DNA of 32,000 bases from Alkalilimnicola ehrlichii MLHE-1 (GTDB lineage Bacteria > Pseudomonadota > Gammaproteobacteria > Nitrococcales > Halorhodospiraceae), in NCBI RefSeq assembly GCF_000014785.1, contig NC_008340.1, positions 1,110,001 to 1,142,000 on the forward strand, given 5' to 3'. Positions within the stretch are counted from its first letter, which is position 1. The number at the start of each line of letters is the position of its first letter. The notes beneath the pieces are model-generated. The model saw nothing but the letters and a program-made list of their open reading frames with translations. It ran no database searches and was not told the DNA's origin. Positions 16,250-23,726 of the stretch are shown piece after piece. The position numbers were made by a program, and so were the translations under genes.

Positions 16250-17422
16250 GTGAAAGTACGCGCGCTGGTGGTGGATGACTCCGGTTTCTTCCGCCGCCGC
16301 ATCAAATCGATGCTGGAGGAGCACCCGGGCATCGAGGTGGTCGGTGAGGCGGCGAACGGGCGGCAGGCGGTGGAGCAGGCGCAGAAGCTGCGCCCCGATG
16401 TCATCACCATGGACATCGAGATGCCGGAAATGGACGGCATCACCGCCGTGCGCGAGATCATGCGCCGCCAGCCCACTCCGGTGTTGATGTTCTCCTCGCT
16501 CACCTACGATGGCGCGCGGGAGACCCTGGATGCCCTTGATGCCGGCGCCTCGGACTTCATTCCCAAGCGTTTCGCCGATATCTCCGGCGACATGGAGCAG
16601 GTCAAGCGGCAGCTCCAGGAGCGGGTGCTGGCGTTGGGGGGCGGCCGCGGTGCGCCGGCCGGGCGCGCGCCGCGGCCGGCGGCGCCCGTTGACCGCGGGG
16701 CGCGGTCGGAGCGGGCCCGGCCGGCGCCCGGCGAAGCCTCGGGGCGGGCACCGGTGCCACCCACCGGTGCCCGTGCCCGGCCGGAGGCTCCGGTGGCGCC
16801 CACCGGGGCACCCGCAGCGCCTGCGCCGGAGCGGGGTCAGCGCATCCGGCCCGGGGCGCTGAGGCTGGTGGTGATCGGCACCTCCACCGGTGGGCCCGTG
16901 GCGTTGCAGCGGGTCATGAGCCGGCTGCCGGCAGGCTTTCCGCTACCGGTGCTGATCATCCAGCACATGCCGGCAAGCTTCACCCCGGCGTTCGCGGAGC
17001 GTCTGAACGAGCTCTGCCGGATCGAGGTGCGCGAGGCGAAGAACGGGGACGAACTCCGGCCGGGCCAGGCCCTTCTGGCTCCCGGGGGTCGCCAGGCCGG
17101 GGTGGAGGAGCGCGGCGGGAAATTGACGGTGCGGATCTTTGACGCCTCCTCCGATCAGTTTTACAAGCCCAGCGTGGATATCGCCTTCGCCTCCGCGGCC
17201 AAGTACTGCCCGGGCAAGGCCCTGGGCGTGGTGCTGACCGGTATGGGCGCGGACGGCTGCGAGGGTGCCAAGCTGCTTAAGCGCACCGGCGCGCCGATCT
17301 GGTCCCAGGACGAGGCCACCAGCGTCATCTACGGCATGCCCGCCGCGGTGGCTAAGGCCGGGGTCACCGACCGCGTCCTGCCGCTGGATCAGGTGGGTGA
17401 GGAGCTGGCGAAGCTGCGCTAG
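16250..17422 (+). CDS. cheB: Chemotaxis methylesterase/deamidase CheB.
   Basis: It has a GTG start. The receiver domain is KVRALVVDDSGFFRR...DIEMPEMDG. The methylesterase domain carries GTSTGGP, IIQHMP and TGMGADG. A ~74-aa Pro/Ala/Arg-rich linker lies between the two domains. Confidence 0.95.
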   Translation: MKVRALVVDDSGFFRRRIKSMLEEHPGIEVVGEAANGRQAVEQAQKLRPDVITMDIEMPEMDGITAVREIMRRQPTPVLMFSSLTYDGARETLDALDAGASDFIPKRFADISGDMEQVKRQLQERVLALGGGRGAPAGRAPRPAAPVDRGARSERARPAPGEASGRAPVPPTGARARPEAPVAPTGAPAAPAPERGQRIRPGALRLVVIGTSTGGPVALQRVMSRLPAGFPLPVLIIQHMPASFTPAFAERLNELCRIEVREAKNGDELRPGQALLAPGGRQAGVEERGGKLTVRIFDASSDQFYKPSVDIAFASAAKYCPGKALGVVLTGMGADGCEGAKLLKRTGAPIWSQDEATSVIYGMPAAVAKAGVTDRVLPLDQVGEELAKLR

Positions 17423-17494
17423 CCCCCGGGGTTGGTCCGCTGATTGCATTCATCGGCCTGGAGACAGGCACCCGGAGGACCCACGGCCAAGCCC

Positions 17495-18292
17495 ATGAGG
17501 ATCTGGACAGTCGCCAATCAAAAAGGCGGGGTCGGCAAGACCACCACCGCCGTCAGCCTGGGTGGCCTGCTGGCGCTCAAGCGGCGGCGTTGTGTGCTGG
17601 TGGATCTGGATCCTCACGGCTCGCTGACCGCCTATTTTGGATACGATCCGGAGAGCGTGCAGCCGAGCATCTACGATCTGTTCGACGCCCCGGGCAAGGC
17701 CCCGCCGGCCCGGGAGCTGCTCCACGACACCGGGGTGGCCGGGCTGAAGCTCATCCCGGCCTCCACCGCGCTGGCCACCCTGGACCGACAGTTGGGCAGT
17801 CGTCAGGGCATGGGGCTGGTGGTGCGCCGCGGCCTGGCCACCCTGGAGGATGAGTTCGAGTTCGCCTTTCTGGATTGTGCGCCCATGTTGGGCGTGCTCA
17901 TGGTCAATGCCCTGGCCGCCTGCCACCACCTGCTGGTGCCGGTGCAGACGGAATTCCTCGCCCTCAAGGGGCTGGAGCGGATGGTCCGCACCCTGGAGAT
18001 GGTGCAGCGCTCGCGCAGCCGTCCGCTGCCCTACACCATCGTGCCGACGCTGTTCGATCGCCGGACCCGGGCCTCGGTGGAATCGCTCACGGAGATCCGG
18101 CGGGTCTACGGGGAGCGGGCCTGGGCGGGCGCGATTCCGGTGGACACCCAGTTCCGTGACGCCAGCCGCGCAGGGCGGCCGTTGACGGTCATGCAGCCCT
18201 GGTCACGGGGCAGTATCGCCTACCGCAAGCTCCTGGATACCTTGGATACCGGTGACCAGCAGGCCGGCCCGCCGGAGGTGGGGCATGGCTGA
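17495..18292 (+). CDS. parC: ParA-like ATPase of the chemotaxis cluster (ParC-type array-positioning ATPase).
   Basis: MRIWTVANQKGGVGKTTTAVSLG is a deviant Walker A of the ParA/Soj type. The position cheB-[ParA-like]-[CheW-like]-cheW matches the Vibrio parC-parP and Pseudomonas arrangement. I chose the ATG at 17495 over the track start at 17444. Confidence 0.8.
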   Translation: MRIWTVANQKGGVGKTTTAVSLGGLLALKRRRCVLVDLDPHGSLTAYFGYDPESVQPSIYDLFDAPGKAPPARELLHDTGVAGLKLIPASTALATLDRQLGSRQGMGLVVRRGLATLEDEFEFAFLDCAPMLGVLMVNALAACHHLLVPVQTEFLALKGLERMVRTLEMVQRSRSRPLPYTIVPTLFDRRTRASVESLTEIRRVYGERAWAGAIPVDTQFRDASRAGRPLTVMQPWSRGSIAYRKLLDTLDTGDQQAGPPEVGHG

Positions 18293-19157
18293 GCGACGGG
18301 ATAAAACGGATCCGGAACTGGTCCGGCAGGACCGCGCGGTGAGCAGTTACCTGGAGGACCTGCTGGCGGCCATCCCCGAGGGCGACGGGGAGACGGAGGC
18401 CGGACAGGCGTCCGGCGGCGGGGAGACACCGCCGGCGGTGCGTCCGGCGGCGGAGCCCGCCGCTGCGCGGCCCGCGGAGAAGGGGGGCCGTCCGGTGCGG
18501 GAGTCGCCGGCGCCGCCGGTGATCCATCTGCCGGAGCTGAGCCCCACGCTGCCCGCCCCGGAGGAGATCCCGGCTCGGCACACCCGGGAGGTGGTCCGCA
18601 AGGCGCCCCGGGTCGAGGCGGCGCCCGAGCCGGCGGCCAAGCCGGCCCGGACGTCCGCTCCGGCGCCGGAAGTGCCGGAGGTACCGGAGCTGCCGGAGAC
18701 CCCGGTCCCGGACTGGGCCTCCCCGGATTTCCAGGCCCTGATCTTCCATGTGGGCGGCCTGCGCCTGGCCGTGCCGCTCATTAAACTGCAGAGCGTGGTG
18801 CCCTTTCCGGAACGGGTCACCCGGGCGCCCGGCAAACCGCCGTGGTACCGGGGGCTGTTCCATTACCGGGGGCGCAACGTGAAGGTGGTGGATACCGCCA
18901 CCCTGGTGCTGGACCGGCATCGGGATCGCCTGGAGGAGGCGGACCGGCGGCCGCGCAAACTGCTGGTGGTGGGTGAGGGCGAATGGGCCCTGGCCTGTCG
19001 GGAGGTGGGGGAGGTGATGCGGCTGCGCCCGGACCAGGTGCAGTGGCGCACCCGCCGCGGTCGCCGTCGCTGGCTGGCAGGCACGGTGCGGGAACACCTC
19101 TGCGCTTTGATGGACACCGATGCCTTCGCGGAATTGCTGAATCAGGGTGAGGCTTGA
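18285..19157 (+). CDS. parP: CheW-domain coupling protein with a Pro-rich N-terminal half (ParP-type).
   Basis: The C-terminal CheW-like domain is FQALIFHVGGLRLAVPLIKLQSVVPF...YRGRNVKVVDTATLV. The N-terminal ~140 aa are Pro/Ala/Glu-rich. The ATG at 18285 overlaps the parC stop (ATGGCTGA). Confidence 0.75.
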   Translation: MAERRDKTDPELVRQDRAVSSYLEDLLAAIPEGDGETEAGQASGGGETPPAVRPAAEPAAARPAEKGGRPVRESPAPPVIHLPELSPTLPAPEEIPARHTREVVRKAPRVEAAPEPAAKPARTSAPAPEVPEVPELPETPVPDWASPDFQALIFHVGGLRLAVPLIKLQSVVPFPERVTRAPGKPPWYRGLFHYRGRNVKVVDTATLVLDRHRDRLEEADRRPRKLLVVGEGEWALACREVGEVMRLRPDQVQWRTRRGRRRWLAGTVREHLCALMDTDAFAELLNQGEA

Positions 19158-19180
19158 GTTATTTACCACGGCGCCGACAT
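19154..19180 (+). promoter_or_regulatory. Possible sigma-28 (FliA)-type promoter for cheW.
   Basis: TTGAGTTA-N11-GCCGACAT compares with TAAAGTTT-N11-GCCGATAA. The spacing is exact, with 6/8 matches in the -10 element and 5/8 in the -35 element. It overlaps the parP stop codon and lies about 80 nt upstream of the cheW ATG. Confidence 0.35.
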
Positions 19181-19262
19181 CAGGGGCAGGGCCGGCTCTG
19201 AGACAGAGCGGCTGAGCCACCTCGTGGCGCCGGCACGGACAGGAACCTCAGCGGAGCAAGAC

Positions 19263-19751
19263 ATGGCGCAACAGCACGACGACGAACAACAGTACGGGCA
19301 GGGGCCGACCAGCCAATGGGTGACGTTCCGTCTGGACGACGAGACCTACGGCATCAACGTGATGCAGGTCCAGGAGGTGTTGCCGCTCTCGGAGATCGCG
19401 CCGGTGCCGGGGGCGCCCCCCTTCGTCATGGGCATCATCAACCTGCGGGGCAAGGTGGTGACGGTCATCGACACCCGTCTGCGCTTCGGTCTGCCCGATC
19501 GCGAACCGGATAAGAACAGCCGTATCGTGGTCATTGAGGCCGGCACCCACATCGCCGGCATCATGGTCGACAGCGTGGCCGAGGTGGTCAACGTCGCTGA
19601 GCAGGAGATCGACACGGCGCCCAATGTTGGGAACGAGGAGTCCTCCCGCTATATCTACGGCGTGGTCAGCCGCAAGGAGGGGCTGTTGATCCTGGTGGAT
19701 GTCAATCGCCTGTTGACCCAGGAGGAGTGGGACGACGTGGCCAGCGTCTGA
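19263..19751 (+). CDS. cheW: Chemotaxis coupling protein CheW.
   Basis: QWVTFRLDDETYGINVMQVQEVLPLSEIAPVPGAPPFVMGIINLRGKVVTVIDTRLRFGL is a canonical CheW domain. I preferred the ATG at 19263 (GGAG upstream) to the GTG at 19224. Confidence 0.93.
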   Translation: MAQQHDDEQQYGQGPTSQWVTFRLDDETYGINVMQVQEVLPLSEIAPVPGAPPFVMGIINLRGKVVTVIDTRLRFGLPDREPDKNSRIVVIEAGTHIAGIMVDSVAEVVNVAEQEIDTAPNVGNEESSRYIYGVVSRKEGLLILVDVNRLLTQEEWDDVASV

Positions 19752-19773
19752 CGGGGCGCCCGCTTGCAGCGGG

Positions 19774-19802
19774 TTGCCTCATTGCCGGCAGGGTGCTAAT
19801 TT
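19774..19802 (+). promoter_or_regulatory. Candidate sigma-70 promoter for the comEA-like gene.
   Basis: TTGCCT, a 17-nt spacer and TAATTT, in the locally AT-richer cheW-comEA gap. This rests on a motif match only. Confidence 0.3.
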
Positions 19803-19891
19803 TGATTGGCCTCGCAGGAAGCGGGGTTCAAGGACGGCTGTGGTCCATCCGGGCCCGGCCCTGGCCAACGGAATAAAGGAGTGCACAGGCC

Positions 19892-20164
19892 ATGACACTG
19901 CGTAACACCATCCCCTTTTTGTTCGCGCTTATCCTCGCCCTCGTCTCGGGACTGGCCTTGGCGGCCGACCGTATCGACATCAACACGGCTGACGCCGGGC
20001 TGCTGGCGGAGGAACTGGTCGGCGTCGGCGAGAGCCGCGCCCAGGCCATCGTGGAGCACCGCGAGGCCAACGGGCCATTCGGTAGTGTTGATGATCTCAC
20101 CCAGGTCAGCGGCATCGGTGAGACCACCCTGGAGGAGAACCGGGAACGTATCCGCGTCGAGTAG
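19892..20164 (+). CDS. comEA: ComEA-family periplasmic helix-hairpin-helix DNA-binding protein.
   Basis: The signal peptide is MTLRNTIPFLFALILALVSGLALA. It is followed by IDINTADAGLLAEELVGVGESRAQAIVEHREANGPFGSVDDLTQVSGIGETTLEENRERI, a tandem HhH ComEA-like domain. Confidence 0.85.
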   Translation: MTLRNTIPFLFALILALVSGLALAADRIDINTADAGLLAEELVGVGESRAQAIVEHREANGPFGSVDDLTQVSGIGETTLEENRERIRVE

Positions 20165-20180
20165 GTACGCCGACTAGGTG

Positions 20181-20214
20181 GAAAAAAACCGGCCCCGCCA
20201 CGGCGGGACCGGTT
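20181..20214 (-). terminator. Rho-independent terminator for the minus-strand SDR gene. It may also stop comEA transcription.
   Basis: On the minus strand the sequence reads AACCGGTCCCGCC-gt-GGCGGGGCCGGTT followed by TTTTTCC. The 13-bp stem has one mismatch. It lies 35 nt after the SDR stop and 17 nt after the comEA stop. Confidence 0.7.
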
Positions 20215-20248
20215 ACGAGGCCGCCCCCTGATGGGGCTGACGGGCCCC

Positions 20249-20992
20249 TTACATGTAAACACCACCGTTAATGTTGAGCTGCTGACCGGTGATGTAGTCG
20301 CCGTCCGAAGCCAGGTAGGCGACGCCGCGCGCGACTTCCTCCGGCTCGCCGAAACGGTTCTGCGGCACCGTGGACAGGATCTTCTCCTGCACCTTCTCCG
20401 GGATGGCGGCGACCATCTCGGTGGCGGTAAAGCCCGGCGCCACCGCGTTCACGGTGATGTTATTGCGGGCCACTTCCTTCGCCAGGCTCTTGGTGAACGC
20501 GATCACCGCGCCCTTGCTGGCGGCGTAGTTGGTCTGACCGAAGTTGCCGGCCTGACCCACGAAGGAGCTGATGTTGATGATCCGCCCGAACTTGTTCTCC
20601 AGCATGGAGGGCAGGGCGGCGCTGGTGACGTAAAATACGCTGTTCAGGTTGGTGTTGATGACCTCGTGCCAGGCCTCGTCGGTCATCTTCTTGAAGGTGG
20701 TGTCCCGGGTGATACCGGCGTTGTTGACCAGTACATCCACCCGCCCCCACTGGTCGATAACCTGCTTGACCAGATTGCGTGCAGAGTCCGCATCGCCCAC
20801 ATCGGCCTGCAGCACCAGGGCCTCGGTCCCCAGGCCACGAATCTCGTCGGCGACGGCCTCGGCCTTGTCCTTGCTGCCGTGGTAGTTAATAGCCACTTTG
20901 GCGCCCAGCTTGGCCAGCTCCAGCGCGATGGATTTGCCGATACCGCGAGAGCCGCCGGTGACCAGTGCGATTTTGTCGTCGAGTTTTTGCAT
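20249..20992 (-). CDS. Short-chain dehydrogenase/reductase, acetoacetyl-CoA reductase / 3-oxoacyl-ACP reductase-like (PhaB/FabG family).
   Basis: Motifs include TGGSRGIGKS, NNAGITRD, NISSFVGQAGNFGQTNYAASKGAV (the catalytic Y-x3-K), and PGFTATEM. Overall it resembles PhaB more than FabG as I remember them, so the substrate is not assigned. Confidence 0.9.
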   Translation of the reverse strand: MQKLDDKIALVTGGSRGIGKSIALELAKLGAKVAINYHGSKDKAEAVADEIRGLGTEALVLQADVGDADSARNLVKQVIDQWGRVDVLVNNAGITRDTTFKKMTDEAWHEVINTNLNSVFYVTSAALPSMLENKFGRIINISSFVGQAGNFGQTNYAASKGAVIAFTKSLAKEVARNNITVNAVAPGFTATEMVAAIPEKVQEKILSTVPQNRFGEPEEVARGVAYLASDGDYITGQQLNINGGVYM

Positions 20993-21117
20993 GGGGTCTT
21001 AGCTCCTCCTGCTTTGCCCATTGTTATGGATGAGTGGCTCACCCGCAGTAAACAGTATAGGTACAATATCTTGCAAACTGCCTCCCCCGAAGCCGCCCCG
21101 GTGAGCGAAAACCTGGC

Positions 21118-23244
21118 ATGCTCGAAGAATCTGTGAAGCAAGAGATCCGTGAGGCCCTGCGCCAAGTAGGGCAGAATGTGCCCGGTTTCCGCAGCCGGTC
21201 CCAGCAGCGCCAGATGATCGCGGAGGTGGCGCGCACCCTCGCCGGCGAATGCGAGGGCCGGCGGCTGCTGGCCATCGAGGGGCCCACCGGCACGGGTAAG
21301 AGCCTGGCCTATTTGCTGGCCGGCATCCCCGTCGCCCGCGCCGAGGGGCGGCAGCTTATCATCTCCACCGCCACCGTCGCCCTGCAGGAGCAGATCGTCG
21401 ACCGCGACCTGCCGGCGCTGCAGGCCAACTCCGGGCTGACCTTCAGTTACGGTCTGATCAAGGGCCGGCGGCGTTACGTCTGTACCCGCAACCTGGAGCA
21501 GCTGGTGGGCGGTGCGGCCCAGGGCGAGATGGACCTGGGCGGGCCCTCCGCGGGGCCGGCACACTGGCCGCGCAAGCCACAGACGGGCGAGTTGGAGCAC
21601 CTGCAGGCGCTCTACCGCGACCTCCAGGCCGGCGACTGGGACGGCGACCTGGACCGCCGCCCGCCCCCCGCCGCCGACCTGCAGGGGCCGATGACCACCG
21701 ACCGCCACGGCTGTACCGGCCGGGGCTGCCCCCACGTCAGCGACTGCCCCTTCCACCGCGCCCGTCGCGGCATGGAGGAGCAGGACGTGCTGGTGGCCAA
21801 TCACGACCTGGTGCTGGCGGACCTGGCCATGGGCGGCGGGGTCATCCTGCCGCCTCCGGAGCAGGTGTTCTACGTCTTCGACGAGGCGCACCACCTGGCC
21901 GCCCGCGCCACCGATGCCTTCCGGGCCGAGTCGCCGCTGTTGGCCTCGGTGCAGTGGCTCGAGCGGCTGCCGCGGCTCGCCGGGCAGGCCATCAGCCTGT
22001 TGCCGGAGGAGGCGGGCCGACACCTGGAGGCCCTGGAGCGGGCGGTGAACGAGCTGTCGGCGATGCTCAACGAGATGCACGGCATGATCCGGCGCGACTG
22101 GCAGCGGATGAACCGGGACGGGGTCTGGCGCTTTCCCGCCGGCGAACTGCCGGCGCCCCTGGGCGAGCTGGTGCCGGGGTTGCGCGACGCCAGTGCCGAG
22201 GTGGAGAAGCACTACGGGCGGATCGGTCAGGCCTTCGCCAAGGTCACCGCCGAGGAGGGGGTCACCCCGGGGAGCGTGGCCGAGCGCCTGGCCCCGGAGC
22301 TGGGCGAGGCGGCCTCCCGGGTGGAGCACCTGGCCGACACCTGGCGGCTGGTGGCCCGGGAGCAGCCGTCCGAGGCGCCCCCGGTGGCGCGCTGGATCAC
22401 GGCCCTGGGGAGCGGGCGGCCTGATTATCTGGTTGCCGCCTCGCCGGTTTCCGCCGCCGCCATGTTGCGCAACGGCCTGTGGTCACGGGCCGCTGGGGCC
22501 GTGCTGACCTCCGCCACGCTCACTGCCCTGGGCCGGTTCGACCGCATGCGCCTGGCCTGCGGGCTGGAGGAGGACGACGGCACCCGTTACCTCTCGCTGG
22601 CCTCGCCCTTCGACTACCGTAACCGGGCGGTACTGCACGTGCCGCGCATGGCTTCCGACCCACGCGACCCGGAGGCCCACACCGGGGAGCTGATCCGGGT
22701 GCTGCCCGGCATCCTGGAGCCCGAGGGGGGGGCCCTGGTGCTGTTCGCCTCGGCGCGGCAACTGGATGCGGTCTATGAGGGCCTGCCTGCCGAGTGGCAG
22801 GGGCGTATCCTGCGCCAGCGCGAGCGCCCGCGGGTGGAGTTGCTGGCGGCCCATGCCCGGGCGGTGGAGGCGGGTGAGCCGTCGGTGATCTTCGGCCTGG
22901 CCGGCTTTGCCGAGGGGGTGGACCTGCCCGGCGATCTCTGCCGCCACGTGGTCATCGCCAAGCTGCCCTTCGCCGTGCCCGACAGCCCGGTGGAAGCGAC
23001 CTTGGCCGAATGGCTGGAGTCCCGCGGGCGCAACCCCTTCATGGACATCACCGTACCCGACGCCGGCATGAAGCTGGTGCAGGCCTGCGGCCGGCTGCTG
23101 CGCTCCGAGGCGGACAGCGGCCGGGTCACGGTGCTGGACCGGCGCCTGCTCACCCACCGCTACGGCCAGGCCCTGCTCAACGGCCTGCCGCCATTCGGGC
23201 GGGAGCTGGGCACGCCCATCGTGGCGCCGGCGGCGCTGGGCTAG
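21118..23244 (+). CDS. dinG: ATP-dependent Fe-S DNA helicase DinG.
   Basis: It is collinear with E. coli DinG as I remember it. Motifs include RSQQRQMIAEVARTLAGE, Walker A EGPTGTGKSLAYL, the 4-Cys cluster (YVCTRN...GCTGRGCPHVSDCPF) and the DEAH box VFDEAHHL. The C-terminal helicase motifs are FAEGVDLPG and QACGRLLRS. Confidence 0.93.
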   Translation: MLEESVKQEIREALRQVGQNVPGFRSRSQQRQMIAEVARTLAGECEGRRLLAIEGPTGTGKSLAYLLAGIPVARAEGRQLIISTATVALQEQIVDRDLPALQANSGLTFSYGLIKGRRRYVCTRNLEQLVGGAAQGEMDLGGPSAGPAHWPRKPQTGELEHLQALYRDLQAGDWDGDLDRRPPPAADLQGPMTTDRHGCTGRGCPHVSDCPFHRARRGMEEQDVLVANHDLVLADLAMGGGVILPPPEQVFYVFDEAHHLAARATDAFRAESPLLASVQWLERLPRLAGQAISLLPEEAGRHLEALERAVNELSAMLNEMHGMIRRDWQRMNRDGVWRFPAGELPAPLGELVPGLRDASAEVEKHYGRIGQAFAKVTAEEGVTPGSVAERLAPELGEAASRVEHLADTWRLVAREQPSEAPPVARWITALGSGRPDYLVAASPVSAAAMLRNGLWSRAAGAVLTSATLTALGRFDRMRLACGLEEDDGTRYLSLASPFDYRNRAVLHVPRMASDPRDPEAHTGELIRVLPGILEPEGGALVLFASARQLDAVYEGLPAEWQGRILRQRERPRVELLAAHARAVEAGEPSVIFGLAGFAEGVDLPGDLCRHVVIAKLPFAVPDSPVEATLAEWLESRGRNPFMDITVPDAGMKLVQACGRLLRSEADSGRVTVLDRRLLTHRYGQALLNGLPPFGRELGTPIVAPAALG

Positions 23245-23247
23245 GCG

Positions 23248-23700
23248 CTAGCCCCAGACCGCCCGTTTGCACAGCTTACCGAAGGGGCGCCGGCCCAGCC
23301 GGCTGACCGCCGCCTGACCGTCGCTCTCGGCGGCGACCAGGTCGTAGAGCTCCGGGGCCGCGTCGACCAGATCGTCGATGCGCCAGGGGAAGCGCTCGAA
23401 GGCGGCCAGGATGGCGGCCAGGCGCGCCTCCACCGCCTCGGCCGGCGGCGTGTCGTCGTCCGCGGGCTGTTCGGCCAACAGTGTGGCGCTGGCGGTCAAC
23501 GCCGCCCGGGTCCAGCATACGGTGGTGAGCCCGCGCGCGTGTTGCTCCAGCAGCGCCTCGTCCTCATCGCTGAGCCGGTCGAGGAGGTCGAACTTGTTGG
23601 TCACCCCCGCAGCGTGCAGGGCGTAGACCCGCCGCAGCACCGGCGCCAGACTGCGTCCGTGGCAGCCCTCACCGCCGGGGCATTGTTCACAGGATTCCAC
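23248..23700 (-). CDS. Hypothetical 150-aa protein with an N-terminal CxxC-x5-CH motif.
   Basis: A GTG start is preceded by GAGGGAGG at 7-nt spacing, 26 nt downstream of the DsrC-like gene. The protein begins MESCEQCPGGEGCHG and has an acidic middle. No family was recognised. Confidence 0.6.
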   Translation of the reverse strand: MESCEQCPGGEGCHGRSLAPVLRRVYALHAAGVTNKFDLLDRLSDEDEALLEQHARGLTTVCWTRAALTASATLLAEQPADDDTPPAEAVEARLAAILAAFERFPWRIDDLVDAAPELYDLVAAESDGQAAVSRLGRRPFGKLCKRAVWG

Positions 23701-23726
23701 CAGACGACCTCCCTCACTTCGCGGAT

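Noticed and set aside
17495-18292. The ParA-like ATPase as a marker of a plasmid or integrated mobile element partition system.
   Set aside because: There is no parB, centromere-like repeats, replication genes or integrase nearby. The gene is embedded between cheB and a CheW-domain gene, which is the signature context of chemotaxis ParC.
20993-21117. A LexA (SOS) box upstream of dinG, in the AT-richer divergent promoter region (…gcagtaaacagtataggtacaatatcttgcaa…).
   Set aside because: I found no CTGT-N8-ACAG match on either strand, only scattered CAGT/ACAG-like fragments with the wrong spacing. TACAAT is a plausible -10 element but lacks a convincing -35, so I did not annotate promoters here.
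21118-23244. DinG helicase as a possible component of a defence or CRISPR type IV-like system.
   Set aside because: The protein is collinear along its full length with housekeeping E. coli DinG, including the Fe-S Cys cluster and DEAH box. There are no cas-like genes, repeats, nucleases or methyltransferases nearby. The flanking genes are housekeeping (SDR, nar operon).
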